DNA of 64,000 nt from positions 1,054,001-1,118,000 of the forward strand of contig JAUFOQ010000004.1 in the NCBI GenBank assembly GCA_040285855.1, written 5' to 3'. Position numbers and translations under genes: made by a program. This document shows positions 12,714 through 24,779 of this stretch, piece by piece. The notes beneath the pieces were generated by a model. The model saw nothing but the letters and a program-made list of their open reading frames with translations. It was not told where the DNA came from and searched no databases. Within the stretch, counting starts at the first letter, position 1. Every line of letters starts with the position of its first letter. The stretch is from Eukaryota sp. GEM-RC1. Lineage: Eukaryota.

Positions 12714-13001
12714 ATGAAGACTTCTCAAATTGATGCATTAGCAAAAACCCAGAAACAAATAGATGAGCGTATAGAAACTCTACAAAATATATGGAAATCG
12801 ATCCAATCATCTTGTTCAGCACTTGATCTTTCCTTTGAAGAAGCCAGGTCACAGTTTCAGCTGTTCCTTCTTGACATTGATGGTTATCAAGAAAATCTCA
12901 ACTCCCAGTGGGATGATTTCTGCTCATCAACAATTCAGTTTGTGCAGTCAGGATACCAAGATCTTTTAAAAGCTGTTGATTATATAGCGTCAGAAGAGTA
13001 G
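12714..13001 (+). CDS. Small hypothetical helical/coiled-coil protein
   Basis: 95-aa ATG ORF with amphipathic helical composition. Confidence 0.4.
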   Translation: MKTSQIDALAKTQKQIDERIETLQNIWKSIQSSCSALDLSFEEARSQFQLFLLDIDGYQENLNSQWDDFCSSTIQFVQSGYQDLLKAVDYIASEE

Positions 13002-13314
13002 TAATGATTTTTTCTTCTTCAACACTTCTGTACAGATTTCTATCGTTTTTGGTTAGTGTGTTTGATAGGAATGGTTTTCCTGCATTCATTCTTTTTCTAC
13101 ATTTCGTTTGTGGTTCTTCAAATCGGTGCTCTGTATGGCCAAAGAGTGGTTTTCCTCATTGGTATTTTTTTTGGATTCAAAACTGTTACTCGTAATTGAC
13201 TGGAATAAATTCTTTGTGTACATAAAAAACCCAGTAAAAAACCCAGACTGTATTTGTAGAATGTTGTAGAATTTTGCAGAATTCCGGCTAACTCTTCAAC
13301 TTACCTTACTTCTC

Positions 13315-14310
13315 ATGAACAGTAACGAATTTCTTGTTAATCTGCTAGCTGGGGCTACTACTGGCCTGTTTAGCGATACCATGATGTCTCCTATTGACAC
13401 TGTTCGTACCACTCTTGTTTCGCCTCATCATCGTAAAGGTAGATCGGCCTGGCAAATCGCTAAAGACATCTCTTGTACTCATGGAATTCAGGGCTTCTAC
13501 CAAGGAATCGGCCCTGTTTGCTTGTTGTCTCCGATTGCATCTGCAGTCTTTTTTGCCTCTCGACAGCATCTCAGTTCCAGCCTGATCCCATGGTGGGAAA
13601 ACAAAGGCGAAGAATTAAAGAAGAATCCTTCTCCAATAGTTGCCATACTCGGTGATCGAGTTTGCAAGAATGCTCCTGCTTTGGCATCGTCTTCATCTGG
13701 TATGATCGCTCAAACTCTTGGAAGTATGGTGTGGACTCCCATGGCAGTTCTTAGATATCGTCAGCAAACTGCTGCATCCAAGGGAATTCCCGTTCCCTCC
13801 ACCTTTGAACTTGCTGGACAGCTTGGTGTCAAGGGATTGTTCCGTGGATTTACTGCTGGTTTGGCAATGACCTTGCCATTCCAAAGTTTGTATTGGCCTG
13901 TTTATGACAAAACATTCAAGTCCATAGCGAAACTAATTGGCGAGGAAGATACCCCACGAAACAAAATGCCTGCGTGGACCATTATGTGTTCTAGTATTAC
14001 TGCCGGGTTCTTCACAAGTCTTCTCACATATCCTATAGGCACAGTCGCTGTCAATCAACAATTGAGCGATGTTCCCAAGTCTATGGTTGGAACCGCTATG
14101 GATTTGTATAAGAATGATGGAATTGCTAGTTTCTATCAAGGATTTGGTATCAAGTTTTTAGGCTCCATTCCTCGTTCTTTGATTACTATGTATTCAAACG
14201 AAAAGTTTAGAGAATTCTATAGTCAGGTTCTTACTCCTGGTGCATTTGATGAACTACCCAAGAAATTGGAACGTATTTCCAAGAATGCTGAAAAGAGATG
14301 TAAAAAATGA
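13315..14310 (+). CDS. Mitochondrial carrier family (SLC25) protein, divergent
   Basis: Tripartite structure: PIDTVRT...GIQGFYQG, PMAVLRYRQQ...GVKGLFRG, PIGTVAVNQQ...GIASFYQG. Confidence 0.9.
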   Translation: MNSNEFLVNLLAGATTGLFSDTMMSPIDTVRTTLVSPHHRKGRSAWQIAKDISCTHGIQGFYQGIGPVCLLSPIASAVFFASRQHLSSSLIPWWENKGEELKKNPSPIVAILGDRVCKNAPALASSSSGMIAQTLGSMVWTPMAVLRYRQQTAASKGIPVPSTFELAGQLGVKGLFRGFTAGLAMTLPFQSLYWPVYDKTFKSIAKLIGEEDTPRNKMPAWTIMCSSITAGFFTSLLTYPIGTVAVNQQLSDVPKSMVGTAMDLYKNDGIASFYQGFGIKFLGSIPRSLITMYSNEKFREFYSQVLTPGAFDELPKKLERISKNAEKRCKK

Positions 14311-14658
14311 GTTAGGATTGTGAATAAATACTGAAAGTGAAACAGCCTTCATGTTTGTGTTGAATACAGGACTTGCCCAATTAAATTTTGGGAGAAACAC
14401 TGAATTACATATTAACTTTAGCGCTACTGAACAGATAAATTGGAGTATTTGACAGCATCAGTTGTCACAGACGCATTCGAAGGTATATGGAACATTTATA
14501 GATGAAATCAAGATAAAATCATAATCAAGTACACAACACAACCACAAATTTCAATTTCGAATACAAAAGTAATTTGAGTATGTCACCTAAATCCTACATC
14601 ATCAATTCTGGAAAGAAAAATTGAATTAAATTTTTCCAACTTTTCCAGACCCAACTCC

Positions 14659-15603
14659 ATGAAGATTGCAACACATGATGGCAAGTTCCACGCCGATGAA
14701 TCATTCGCTGTCTTTCTTCTTACACAACTTCCATCTTTCGCTAAAGCTGAGATTATCAGAACTCGTGATTCTTCTATATATTCCCAATGCGACGCTGTCG
14801 TTGACGTAGGCGGTGTTTTTGATACTTCTACATGCCGATTCGACCATCACCAACTTGGCTTCACCGAAACCTTTCCCGGATTCTCAACCAAATTATCTTC
14901 TGCCGGACTCTGTTACCGTGAATTCGGTAAAACTATCATTCAGAACCGCTATTCCAATACGCTGTCAAACGACCATCTCATCCTTGTCCACACCAAGCTC
15001 TACAGAAGTTTTGTAGAAGCAATTGACGCCATTGACAATGGAATTGATCAGTACGACCTTCCACCAAACACTACCCCCAAATACTGCATCAACACTGACC
15101 TCTCCAAAAGAGTTGGTAATCTGAATGGATACTGGAACCAAACCGTTGATGTCAATGCTCAGTTTCACAAGGCAGTGAAGCTCGTGGGCGAGGAGTTTCT
15201 GGAAGCATTGGACTACCTAGTCAGTGCCCATCTACCAGCAAGATCTCTAGTCAAGGAAGCTTTTGACAATAGGTTCTCCGTTGATTCTAGCGGATCCATC
15301 ATTCTATTAAGCACGCCGTGTCCATGGAAAGAGATCCTACTTGAAATTGAAGGGAACGAAGACATTCTCTTCTGTATATTTGGTACTGAAGATGGTAAAT
15401 ACCGTGTTTGTACAGTACCACAGTCTTCTGGCAGCTTTGCTTTTAGAAAGGGCTTACTAGAAGAATGGCGTGGTCTACGAGGTGATGAGCTGGTTGCTGC
15501 TTGTAATGTAGAAGATGTTGATTTTGTACATAAGGCTGGGTTTATTGGAGGTGCTTTAAGTCTAGAAGGTGCTCTGAAAATGGCTAAGTTAAGTTTGGGG
15601 TAG
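14659..15603 (+). CDS. MYG1: MYG1 exonuclease (UPF0160)
   Basis: IATHDGKFHADE, VVDVGG, FDHHQ, LSSAGL, EAIDAIDNG, WRGLR, FVHKAGFIGG. Confidence 0.95.
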   Translation: MKIATHDGKFHADESFAVFLLTQLPSFAKAEIIRTRDSSIYSQCDAVVDVGGVFDTSTCRFDHHQLGFTETFPGFSTKLSSAGLCYREFGKTIIQNRYSNTLSNDHLILVHTKLYRSFVEAIDAIDNGIDQYDLPPNTTPKYCINTDLSKRVGNLNGYWNQTVDVNAQFHKAVKLVGEEFLEALDYLVSAHLPARSLVKEAFDNRFSVDSSGSIILLSTPCPWKEILLEIEGNEDILFCIFGTEDGKYRVCTVPQSSGSFAFRKGLLEEWRGLRGDELVAACNVEDVDFVHKAGFIGGALSLEGALKMAKLSLG

Positions 15604-15686
15604 AAGATACAAAAACGGTTTATAACCTGTTCTTAAAAATCCACAAACATAAACAAAAAAACTAATGCAATGAGTAAAGCAATAAA

Positions 15687-17780
15687 CTAATTTAAAAATT
15701 TCCGACAATTTACCGATTTACAGTGACATACAACTTTCGACTCATCGTCTTCTATTGGAAACTTATAATCATATGTTATTTCTTCACCAACAGAAATATC
15801 CCTAAATGCATAAATCACAACTTTCTTATCTCCATTACTAGCAATCACTTTTGCATAACAGTTAGGATCACAACTATGATTGATATACCGAGCAACAGAC
15901 CCTCGATACGTTGCATCAATCACATATTGATTGTCCAATCTAAATAGATAGGAATCACCCATCCCAGACCGATTATATATACTTTCTCTTATATCCGATA
16001 CCTTTGACCTTATAATCTCTCCAACATATTCACATACAGCTTCCTCCTTCTCTATTGGTTCTAGAGCATACAACCCCCATGCATGTATTGGAGACTTATC
16101 CAACTGTAGAAGCTTCGTCCTCTTCCCTAGAGATGCTCCTTTACTAGAGTAACCTCCAAGTCGATCTCTCATTTGTCTTCTAGTTGATCTACTTGAAGCA
16201 GAGGTTTCAGTGTCGAGAGCAGAGATTCGCTGTCTCATTCTAAGGAATTCTTCTTGTGTGGGAAGAGCAACACAGCGAGAAGTGTTTGTTAATAGCTCCT
16301 TAAAGGGTAGACATCTAGCAGAGCAACAGCATAGTGAAGGAGTGTATGGTTTGATTGTCCTGGATGCACGGGAATAGACCTTCATCACGCGATCGCCTTG
16401 AGCTCTACCCAAAATCAAGCAATCATCAAGGTCGTTTTCCCCAGCAATCACTGAGATTGGGTATCCATAAACATCAACTACTTGGGAAGGTTTCTTCGTC
16501 ACTAAACCATCGTTATCACCAACACCAAAGTTCAATACTGACACATCCTCCTCAACTAAATGGAACTCATCAGCTGGAATAAGTGCTTCAACTACTGGTG
16601 GAGGTGGTGGTGGAGGAGCTACTTCTTTAGGTTTCACCAAGAGTTTAAGCGATTCAGCCAGTTCATTGATTGGAATCAAGTTTCCGTTTTCAAAGAGCTC
16701 TACTCCGATTGAGAGCATTTCTGGAGTCATTGATGGAAAGAAGTGTGATAGAAGTTGAGTTGTGGGTATTGGTAGACCACCTAAACAACAAAGGAAGCGT
16801 TGATCAGAGGAAAAGTATGTAGACCAAGCTGAAACACCGCCTAAATCAGAAAGGGCAAAATCAATGAGCTCATTATTTAAATGTGATTGTACGGGAATCA
16901 ATGACTTCCGCAGACTTCTTCTAGGTGCTTTACGACTCTCTTTATGTTTCTTTGTCACTTTAGGCTTAACCTGAACTTCTTTCTTATACTCCTCTTCCAT
17001 GGCTTCTTCTTCTTTAATAGGAGGAGAAATCGGTAATGGTTCTTGAACAAATACTTGACTTTCAGGCAGAGGTTGCTGTTGAACATGAGTAATCTGAAGG
17101 AATTCCTCTTGTATTGGGGGTTGAGGTTCTGTTGGAGGAGCTGGAAGTTCTGTTGGAGGATCAATGGAAGGGGGATTGTGAGATGGAGTTAGAGTGGGAG
17201 GATCAGAATGAATTGGAGACGGAGCTTGAGAGGGGAAAATAGGTAGTTGAGCACCAGGAGGAACTTCTGTTGGTTTAGGTTGTGGTGGAGATACTGGAGG
17301 TGGAGCTAGAGGTTTAGGTGGTGATGGAGGTGGAGGAGGGGAAGCTGGAGGATCAGGTTTGACAGGGGATGGGAATGTTGTGACTGTAGTGAGTTTGGGA
17401 CTTCTGTGCATTTGTTGACCAGCTTTAACATATTTATCTATTAGACTTGAGGTATTCAGAGTAGGTGCAGTAGTTTGTACAACCGGTGGTGGAGCTGTGG
17501 GCTGTTTGGGAGGCTGTTGAGATGTCATTGGAGAAGTAGGGGGTTTCGGGGAAGACGTATAACTTGATTGAGGATGATTATTCGTCCTCGGAGCTACCAT
17601 TGACATTTGTGGCTGCATACAATAGTACTGATTATAAAATTGAGGTGCAAACTGGGGTTGAGTCACGTTTTGATGAAATGTCATGTGTGTGAGCGGGTGT
17701 GATGGAGGACGCATCTTGCTGAGAGGCTGATTTGACTCAAAAGGTGTAGTCCTTTTGAGAGAGTGCCTTCGTGAATGCAT
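15687..17780 (-). CDS. SET1: SET1-type histone H3K4 methyltransferase with Pro-rich N-terminus
   Basis: n-SET CSAR motif, KSPIHAWGLYALEPI, YLFRLD, ARYINHSCDPNC, EEITYDYKF and post-SET CHCKSVNCRKFLN. Confidence 0.92.
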   Translation of the reverse strand: MHSRRHSLKRTTPFESNQPLSKMRPPSHPLTHMTFHQNVTQPQFAPQFYNQYYCMQPQMSMVAPRTNNHPQSSYTSSPKPPTSPMTSQQPPKQPTAPPPVVQTTAPTLNTSSLIDKYVKAGQQMHRSPKLTTVTTFPSPVKPDPPASPPPPPSPPKPLAPPPVSPPQPKPTEVPPGAQLPIFPSQAPSPIHSDPPTLTPSHNPPSIDPPTELPAPPTEPQPPIQEEFLQITHVQQQPLPESQVFVQEPLPISPPIKEEEAMEEEYKKEVQVKPKVTKKHKESRKAPRRSLRKSLIPVQSHLNNELIDFALSDLGGVSAWSTYFSSDQRFLCCLGGLPIPTTQLLSHFFPSMTPEMLSIGVELFENGNLIPINELAESLKLLVKPKEVAPPPPPPPVVEALIPADEFHLVEEDVSVLNFGVGDNDGLVTKKPSQVVDVYGYPISVIAGENDLDDCLILGRAQGDRVMKVYSRASRTIKPYTPSLCCCSARCLPFKELLTNTSRCVALPTQEEFLRMRQRISALDTETSASSRSTRRQMRDRLGGYSSKGASLGKRTKLLQLDKSPIHAWGLYALEPIEKEEAVCEYVGEIIRSKVSDIRESIYNRSGMGDSYLFRLDNQYVIDATYRGSVARYINHSCDPNCYAKVIASNGDKKVVIYAFRDISVGEEITYDYKFPIEDDESKVVCHCKSVNCRKFLN

Positions 17781-17861
17781 TTCAGCACAATGACTAAGAG
17801 CGAACTATAACAAGAATTTTACAATAGAACTCCGTGAGACTTCCTCCAGTAACCTTTTCAG

Positions 17862-18705
17862 ATGCAACATGATGACAACATATGGATGTGTATCAACAGT
17901 ACTTTCTGTTCCTACAAGGTAAAAACTCTGACACAAACTTTCTGCCGACACAAGCTTAATGTCACCGGTCTTTGTACCCGATCTTCATGTGTTCTATCGA
18001 ATTCTCGATATGCCACCATTGTTGAACACAAAGGCCAATGCTATCTTTATTTAAAAACCATTGAGAGGGCTCATACTCCTCGTAACCTCTGGGAAAAAAT
18101 TCCACTCCCTTCGAATTACCAAGATGCATTAGAAATAATCGATGATAATCTTCAATATTGGCCTGACTGGATGATCAACAAAGTGAAGCAAAGATTCACG
18201 AAGATTGTCCAGTACATCATCAGAGTACGTAAAATGCACAAAAACGTTACCACACAACTAGTTGGAATTAAGAAGAAGGAAGAACGCCGAGAAAAAACCA
18301 GAGAACTCAAAGCTCTATCAGCTGCTCAACTTGAAAAGACCATATCACAGGAACTGTTGTCCAAGCTAAAATCTGGAGAATACTCGGATATCTACAACTT
18401 TCCACAGACTCAGTATGAAGATTTACTCGAGAACCAAGCCCTTTCTGATGCTGAATCGGATTTAGATATTGATGCTGATCAATTTGGAGAAGATTTTGAA
18501 GAAGCTTATAGCTCTTCAGATGATGATGATCTCCCCTGACGAACCTCCAGCTGATGCTCCCGTGTTTAAACTTGGTGGTGACGTGGAAGATTCTTCTGCT
18601 GGAACTAAGAGGAGGTCTAAGCCTCGACCTAAAATCAATAAACCACGGGTTGAGATTGAGTTTGAGGAGGAAGTCAGTGATGCTCCTGAATTGGCTGAGA
18701 ATTAG
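17862..18705 (+). CDS. MAK16: Ribosome biogenesis protein MAK16 (1-nt frameshift near 18535)
   Basis: MQHDDNIWMCINSTFCSYKVKT..FCRHKLNVTGLCTRSSC.LSNSRYAT, KTIERAHTP; the acidic tail ending RVEIEFEEE lies in the second frame. Confidence 0.95.
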
Positions 18706-19009
18706 TTTGTAGTTTGTTTGTTTTTTAGGATTTTTATAGCTCTTTTTTAAAATTAACGTTATTTTTCTTTAATTCACAGCTGTTGTGTGATTGTTGGCAC
18801 AAACACTAGTTAGAAGTACAAGAAAAGATCCACTGTACAGTCACTGTTCACTAGAGTCTGGAAAAATTGAATTGATTGCAAATGTGATTGGTATTTAACC
18901 AATACCAATTACAATGTCTCAAATTGAACCAATCAATACTTCAGTGTTGTATATTGGCACAATCAATATTTCAAAAAACGGATTTATGTGCGGAGAAAAC
19001 CCCTAATAA

Positions 19010-19200
19010 GAAAACAACAAATCAATAAAGACTATTAAAACAAATTATCAAACGAACTACCGAATTCCGAAAAGTAGTTGCCTCCAAACAACTTGGACAA
19101 AATGGAATCAACATATCTATACATAGACCTAAAAATCGAAAAAGCAAATTTACTCTTCCAGAGAATGTGAACAGTTATAACTGTTTCGAGATCACGTTCG
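19010..19200 (-). mobile_element. Degenerate non-LTR retrotransposon 3' relic
   Basis: Minus strand ILWKSKFAFSIFRSMYRYVDSILSKLF resembles the WKNRIVFSIYR C-terminus of the other copies and the relic at 49.8 kb. Confidence 0.45.
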
Positions 19201-19368
19201 ACAACAACCGACTATATAACAATTAAATACACGAAATTTTTACAAAACCGTACCAACTAATGTTAAGACAATTAAAGTCGCAACATTAGAAATTCAAAAT
19301 TAGTTAGAAAAAGCTCAAAAACGACGATTTCGGTCGTTTCAATTCTCGTAAACCAGCAGGGTTGCCCC

Positions 19369-21782
19369 TTACAGAGGCTTCCTTCCAGTGTTCAACAGCC
19401 AGGTCATAGTTCTTTTGACTCCTTTACCATGTTCATAACAAACACCCAGATTGACCAGCGCTTCCGTATTTCCCAATTCAGCTCCCTTTTGAAACCAGAG
19501 GGCTGCTTCAGTGTGGTTTTTCCTGGTTCCTTTTCCACGTTGATAACAAAGACCAAGTAAGTTCATGGCCACTGAGTTACCCAATTCAGCAGCTTCTCTA
19601 TAGAACTTTACTGCTTCCTTGTGGTTTTTTCGGACACCTTTCCCTTGCTCATAACAAAGACCTAGATTTTTAATAGCCATTGTACTACCCAAATTCTTAG
19701 CTTTCTCGAAGCAATCAACAGCCTGTGCAAGGTTTGCTTTCACTCCTTTCCATGCTTATAGCAAACTCCTAGTTGATTCATTGCAAAACAATCATTTAAA
19801 CCAGCAGCCTTTTGATAACACTGAAAGGCTTCCTCAATGTTCGTTGACACTCCTTTTCCACTTTCATAACACTGACCGAGCTGACTCATACCCAGAGCAC
19901 TACCTAACTCAGCAGCCTTTTGATAGGACTGGAAAGCTTCTAAGTAACTTTGGGGAACACCCCTTCCGGCTTCAAAACAAACACCAAGAAGACTCAAAGC
20001 CAGTATATTACCTAAAGCAGCAGCTTCCTTGAAACACTGAACGGCTTGAACGTAGTTTGTTGGGGTTCCGATTCCGTATTCATGACACCTGCCAAGATTA
20101 CAAATTGCTGAAGGATTTTCATATTCAGCAGCCTTTTTGTACCAAGAAAAAGCTTTTACAAGATCTTGTTTTACACCTCGATCAAGTTCAAAACACCTAC
20201 CGAGATTGTTCATAGCCATGGAATTTCTCAATTCAGCAGCCTTTTTGTACCAAGAAAAAGCTTCTACAAGAACTTGTTTTACACCTCGACCAAGTTCAAA
20301 ACACCTACCGAGATTGTTCATGGCAACAGAGTTTCCCATTTCAGCAGCCTTTTTGTACAAAGAAACAGCTTTCACCAGATCTTGTTTCACACCTCGACCA
20401 AGTTCAAAACACCGTCCAAGATTGTTTATAGCCATGGAATTTCCCAATTGAGCAGCCTTTTTGTACCAAGAGAAAGCCTTTAAAATATCAAATTCCACTC
20501 CCTGTCCATGTTCAAAACAAATGCCCAACGCAGTCATGGCTAAAACCTCCCCCAACGGAGCACGTTCCTCACACCAAGAGATAGTTAACTCTAAGAAGGT
20601 TCTAGCTTGTGAACTGCCTAAAGAATATGCTTCAAGAAACCAATACACCGCTTTTTTGACATCTTTTCCAACTACATTCCCATCATGGAAAAAATGACCT
20701 GCATTGATCATTTGATTGACATCAAGAACCGGATTCGGAGCTGATTCGTCACTTTCACATTCACAAAGCACTTCATCGTCTAATTCAGAATACTTGTAAA
20801 TAGGTATGAGTTCTTCTGTAATTAAAACATTCTTGAGCTCATTTAATAACTCTGTAACAGAAGGACGCTGATTAGGATCAACAGAGAGACATTTGTTGAT
20901 CAATGCAGATATTGATTGTGGAAAAGAATCTGGAAAATCAAGTAAATCACCGTTCATTTTTGATTGGACCATTTCTGCATAAGACATGTCCTGAAATGCT
21001 AATTGATTAACAAACATCTCGTAAAGCAACACCCCAAGACTATACACATCATAAGCTGGGCCATATTTCTTATCAAAGGCTTCCGGTGGAGTATACTTTG
21101 GAGTCATTTCAAGAGTGGAAGTGTAATGATGCATGGTATGTGCTGAACCGAAATCTGCAAGCTTAACCTTAGAATCCACAATAATGATATTTTGAGGTTT
21201 GATATCATGATGGACAATTCCTTTTGAATGTAAGAACTTCACAGCAGTGCAAATATCAATAGCTTGAGAAAGAGTTGTCGTAGAAAGTGAGGATGGTACT
21301 TCCAAATGACCAGAGCCAAGTTCCATAACGATTCCAATGTGCTTTTCAAGTCTCGTTATACCAAACACTCGAAGAACAAAGGGATGAGATAGGGATGCCA
21401 TGTGTGAGACTTCTTGTAAAAGTTTGTCTTCCTTGAAAGCGGCTCTACGTACTAGTTTGAGAGCAACAGATGTATCAGCCCACTCTGAACGATATACTGA
21501 ACCACTTAGTCCACTTCCCAATTCGGAAGCAATATCAAAGGTGATTTCTTCACGAGTGATTTCCGGCAAAACAGCAGGATTCTTAGAAAGAGTGTCCGCA
21601 GCGTCCCGTAAGGCATAAGAGGGAACCACATCGTTCATAACAGCAGTATTTCTGCAGATCGGACACTGTTTGTTATGCTCAAGCCATTGTGTTACACATA
21701 AAAGACAAAAGGAGTGACCACAGTGAAGTGTAGCAGCGTCTTTGAAAGTGTTGTTGCAGATTGTACACTCTAAATGCAGCAT
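19369..21782 (-). CDS. RING finger + Ser/Thr protein kinase + SEL1-like repeat protein (frameshift near 19745)
   Basis: CTIC..CGHSFCLLC..CPIC RING; GSGLSG, HHDIKPQN and DFG kinase motifs; more than 10 SEL1 repeats (AMNNLGRCFELGRGVKQD), with ~108-bp DNA-level tandem units at about 20120-20480. Confidence 0.9.
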
Positions 21783-22359
21783 TGTTAGTCAAGAGAGGGA
21801 AAAATTTAAATGTACATGATGAAACTATTAATATGTGATCGGAATTTTATCGACTCATGCAGTATGCTACCACGAATAGAGGTCAGGACTGAATACTTTT
21901 GAGGCAAATATTAAATATATGGTGTCCACACTTTGTCGGACATCTTCCAGTTAAAACAATTACGTTGTTAATTCAATTCTTCTTTGGTACCTTCTGCTAC
22001 AGTTCATGATACATAAGTATCAACTTCAACATACAAGTGTTAAGAGAGCCAGAACATTAGGAACAAGAGTGTCTTTGCGAAAGTTCAGGTTTTGGACTGG
22101 TAATGTTCATCAGGGAGTCTAGTTGCAACTTGGTACACCTGTACGTCTTGATAACGCCTGATAACAATCGGTTATTGCAATAGGTTTTGATGGTACAGTG
22201 TCATAGAATAGTATCAAATGTGACTTCTATGACGTCAGAACTTGTGAGAAATAAACAGCATAAGATAGATGAAGGTCTTGAGGGTACTCTTGGATACCTG
22301 AAATTTACTGATGTTCAAGTCCAATTTTAAAATTCGCACTTTTCTCGATCCCAAGACTC

Positions 22360-23590
22360 ATGAGACCATTGTCAAGCAACGATTCTTCATCACCCAGTCC
22401 CTCAAGTCGCTACTCTAATGGTGACCGCCGTCATCGCCGTAGTTCTCAAACTAGCTATACTGCACCCATGATAATTCCGTATAGTTATGGATTTGCTCGG
22501 CTCGTAAGTGGTCCAAAGTACTCGTACAATCAATCCTTCCTCGATGATCTCATTGCATATTGTGGGGAATCTTTTCGCAAGGTTATTCCTGAACACTACA
22601 CTCTCTCCGAAGCGACACCAACAGCCTATGTAAGTAGACTCCGGTTGTTGAGCTCCCATCTCAAACACTAATCCAGGAGCTCTCAGAACTTCTCTCAGAG
22701 GAAGAAATGGATTTACTTCTCAATGCGGATAGCTCTTCAGCCACTCGTCACATACGGGAAGTTGTTTGCAATCACTTTGTCCAGTTCAATCTTGTCACAA
22801 ACACATTTCATCTTTCCAAACAAGGAGAATTCGACTATAAGGGAAACCTAGAGCGAGCGTGTTTCCGTGAGCTATTGAAAAGCAGAAATTTTGCTGATAT
22901 TCTTCTTTTTGAGGGATATCGATTCCCTGAATATTTGGTGAAAGTGGTTATCGCAATCCCGTCTTTGGTCTCATGCTGATTCAGCTCAATTTGATGGACA
23001 AGCCAGATGTTGATCCCAATGCATTTCCTTCTGAACCCATTCCTCACTTCAAAAACGATAGCAGCGAGTACTACTAGTACTGCCAACAGATCTACAACCG
23101 TGCTCAGTACACGGCTGTATTGAGTGCAACGCATGACAGAAACTACTGGACCTTGTTACATTTCCTTCGATGCTTGGAATTCTACTTCATCGACGTCCAC
23201 TATCACGATCAACCTTACTACAGATTGTTGTACACCGTCTTTGATCAACTCATTGTCAGATGCAAGCACTATAAAAGGGGGCTGCTTACTGATGATCTTA
23301 CTCAATCAGAGATTCTTCAAAGAATCTATCCAAAAGAGACTTGTGACGAGATGCAGGTTCAGGTCAAGATATTTTTAAATGCTCTAATTCTGGCTTTCGT
23401 ACAATCGTCTTTTATGAAGGGATGTCACGATTTAATGAATCAGTGTAAACGTCATTATGACGATCTGTACTCGGAAACATACTACTTTAACCCAAAATTG
23501 TACCGACCTGGACGGTACGTCGGTGTAACAATCCTTAGGGACATCCTGACTGAGCTTAAAGACCGTTTTTTGGGAAATAATTCTCAGTAA
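22360..23590 (+). CDS. Hypothetical protein split into three or more ORFs
   Basis: Consecutive same-strand ORFs 22360-22671, 22707-22979 and 23120-23590; no recognised motif. Confidence 0.35.
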
Positions 23591-23798
23591 GATGTTGGAG
23601 TACGAATTGGTACATTAATTTTGTATATTTAATTTTTAGATTATAATACAGCAATTACTGCAGAAATTCTGCTCTTACTGTGGCTAATGTAGTCAAATGG
23701 GCAGGTTGATCCAAGTTATTTGCCAATGTAAAGAAGTTCAATGTGCAGTATGTTAGTTGGATTGAGTCTACGTTACAAAATCATTTTCTATTTTCCAA

Positions 23799-24593
23799 AT
23801 GCACTTTGTTGGCTTGATCAGTGGAGGCAAAGGTAGCTGTATCCTTTTCCGCTTTTCATAGACTCCATCTACAACGTTTACCAGTGCATTCAACAAGGCC
23901 ATGAACTTATATGTCTTGCTACACTTACATCCCCCCTCAAAGTCCAACTCTGGTGAAGACATTGAACTTGATTCCTACTCCTTTCAAACAGTAACCTGTA
24001 GAATGACTTCCGCTATTGCTGAATGTATTGGTGTACCCATTTTTCAACAGGAAATCTCAGGCTCATCTGTTTATACAGACATGCAATATCAGTATACAAA
24101 AGACGATGAAGTGGAGGATCTCTTTGCTCTATTATCCAAAGTTAAACAACAGTTCCCTTCAGTGCAAGGAGTGTCTGCTGGCGCTTTGTTCTCTGAGTAC
24201 CAACGTAACAGAGTTAACCATGTATGTGGAAGACTGGACATGGTGGGTCTTTACCCTATCTGGCAAACACCACAGTCACAACTAGTCAATGATATGATCG
24301 ATCTTGGGCTTGAAGCTGTGATTGTGAAAGTAGCGTCACTTGGTCTAAACCAGAAGCATTTAATGAAACATCTTGATGATGTTCTTCCTCATCTGTGTGA
24401 CTTGGAGTCGAAGTTTGGCATTAATGTTGCGGGAGAAGGGGGTGAGTTTGAGACCCTCTCCTTATTCTGTCCAGGGTTGTATAAAAGACGAATAGTAGTT
24501 GATGAGTATGAGGTTGTTGTCCATTCTGATGACTTTTCTGCCCCCGTTTGCTATGTAGTTATCAAGAAGTTTCACTTGGAGGATGTTTTATAA
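23799..24593 (+). CDS. DPH6: Diphthine--ammonia ligase (29-nt intron 23833-23861; one frameshift near 23925)
   Basis: Spliced start MHFVGLISGGKDS; ELDSYSFQTV, GALFSEYQRNRV, IVKVASLGL, GEGGEFET. Confidence 0.92.
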
Positions 24594-24779
24594 GTGGTAT
24601 TAGAGGTGCTTGATTCATTCTTTGGCATGTTTTAACTGTTTCATAAGACATATATTATTATATTTAATTGTTAAGAAAACTGCAGAATCCATTTTAAATA
24701 CTGTACATCGCACTATTTTCAAGTACAAGTGTACTCTTCTAACAGCAAAGTAGAAGAATATTTTTTCACTCTCCAGTAC

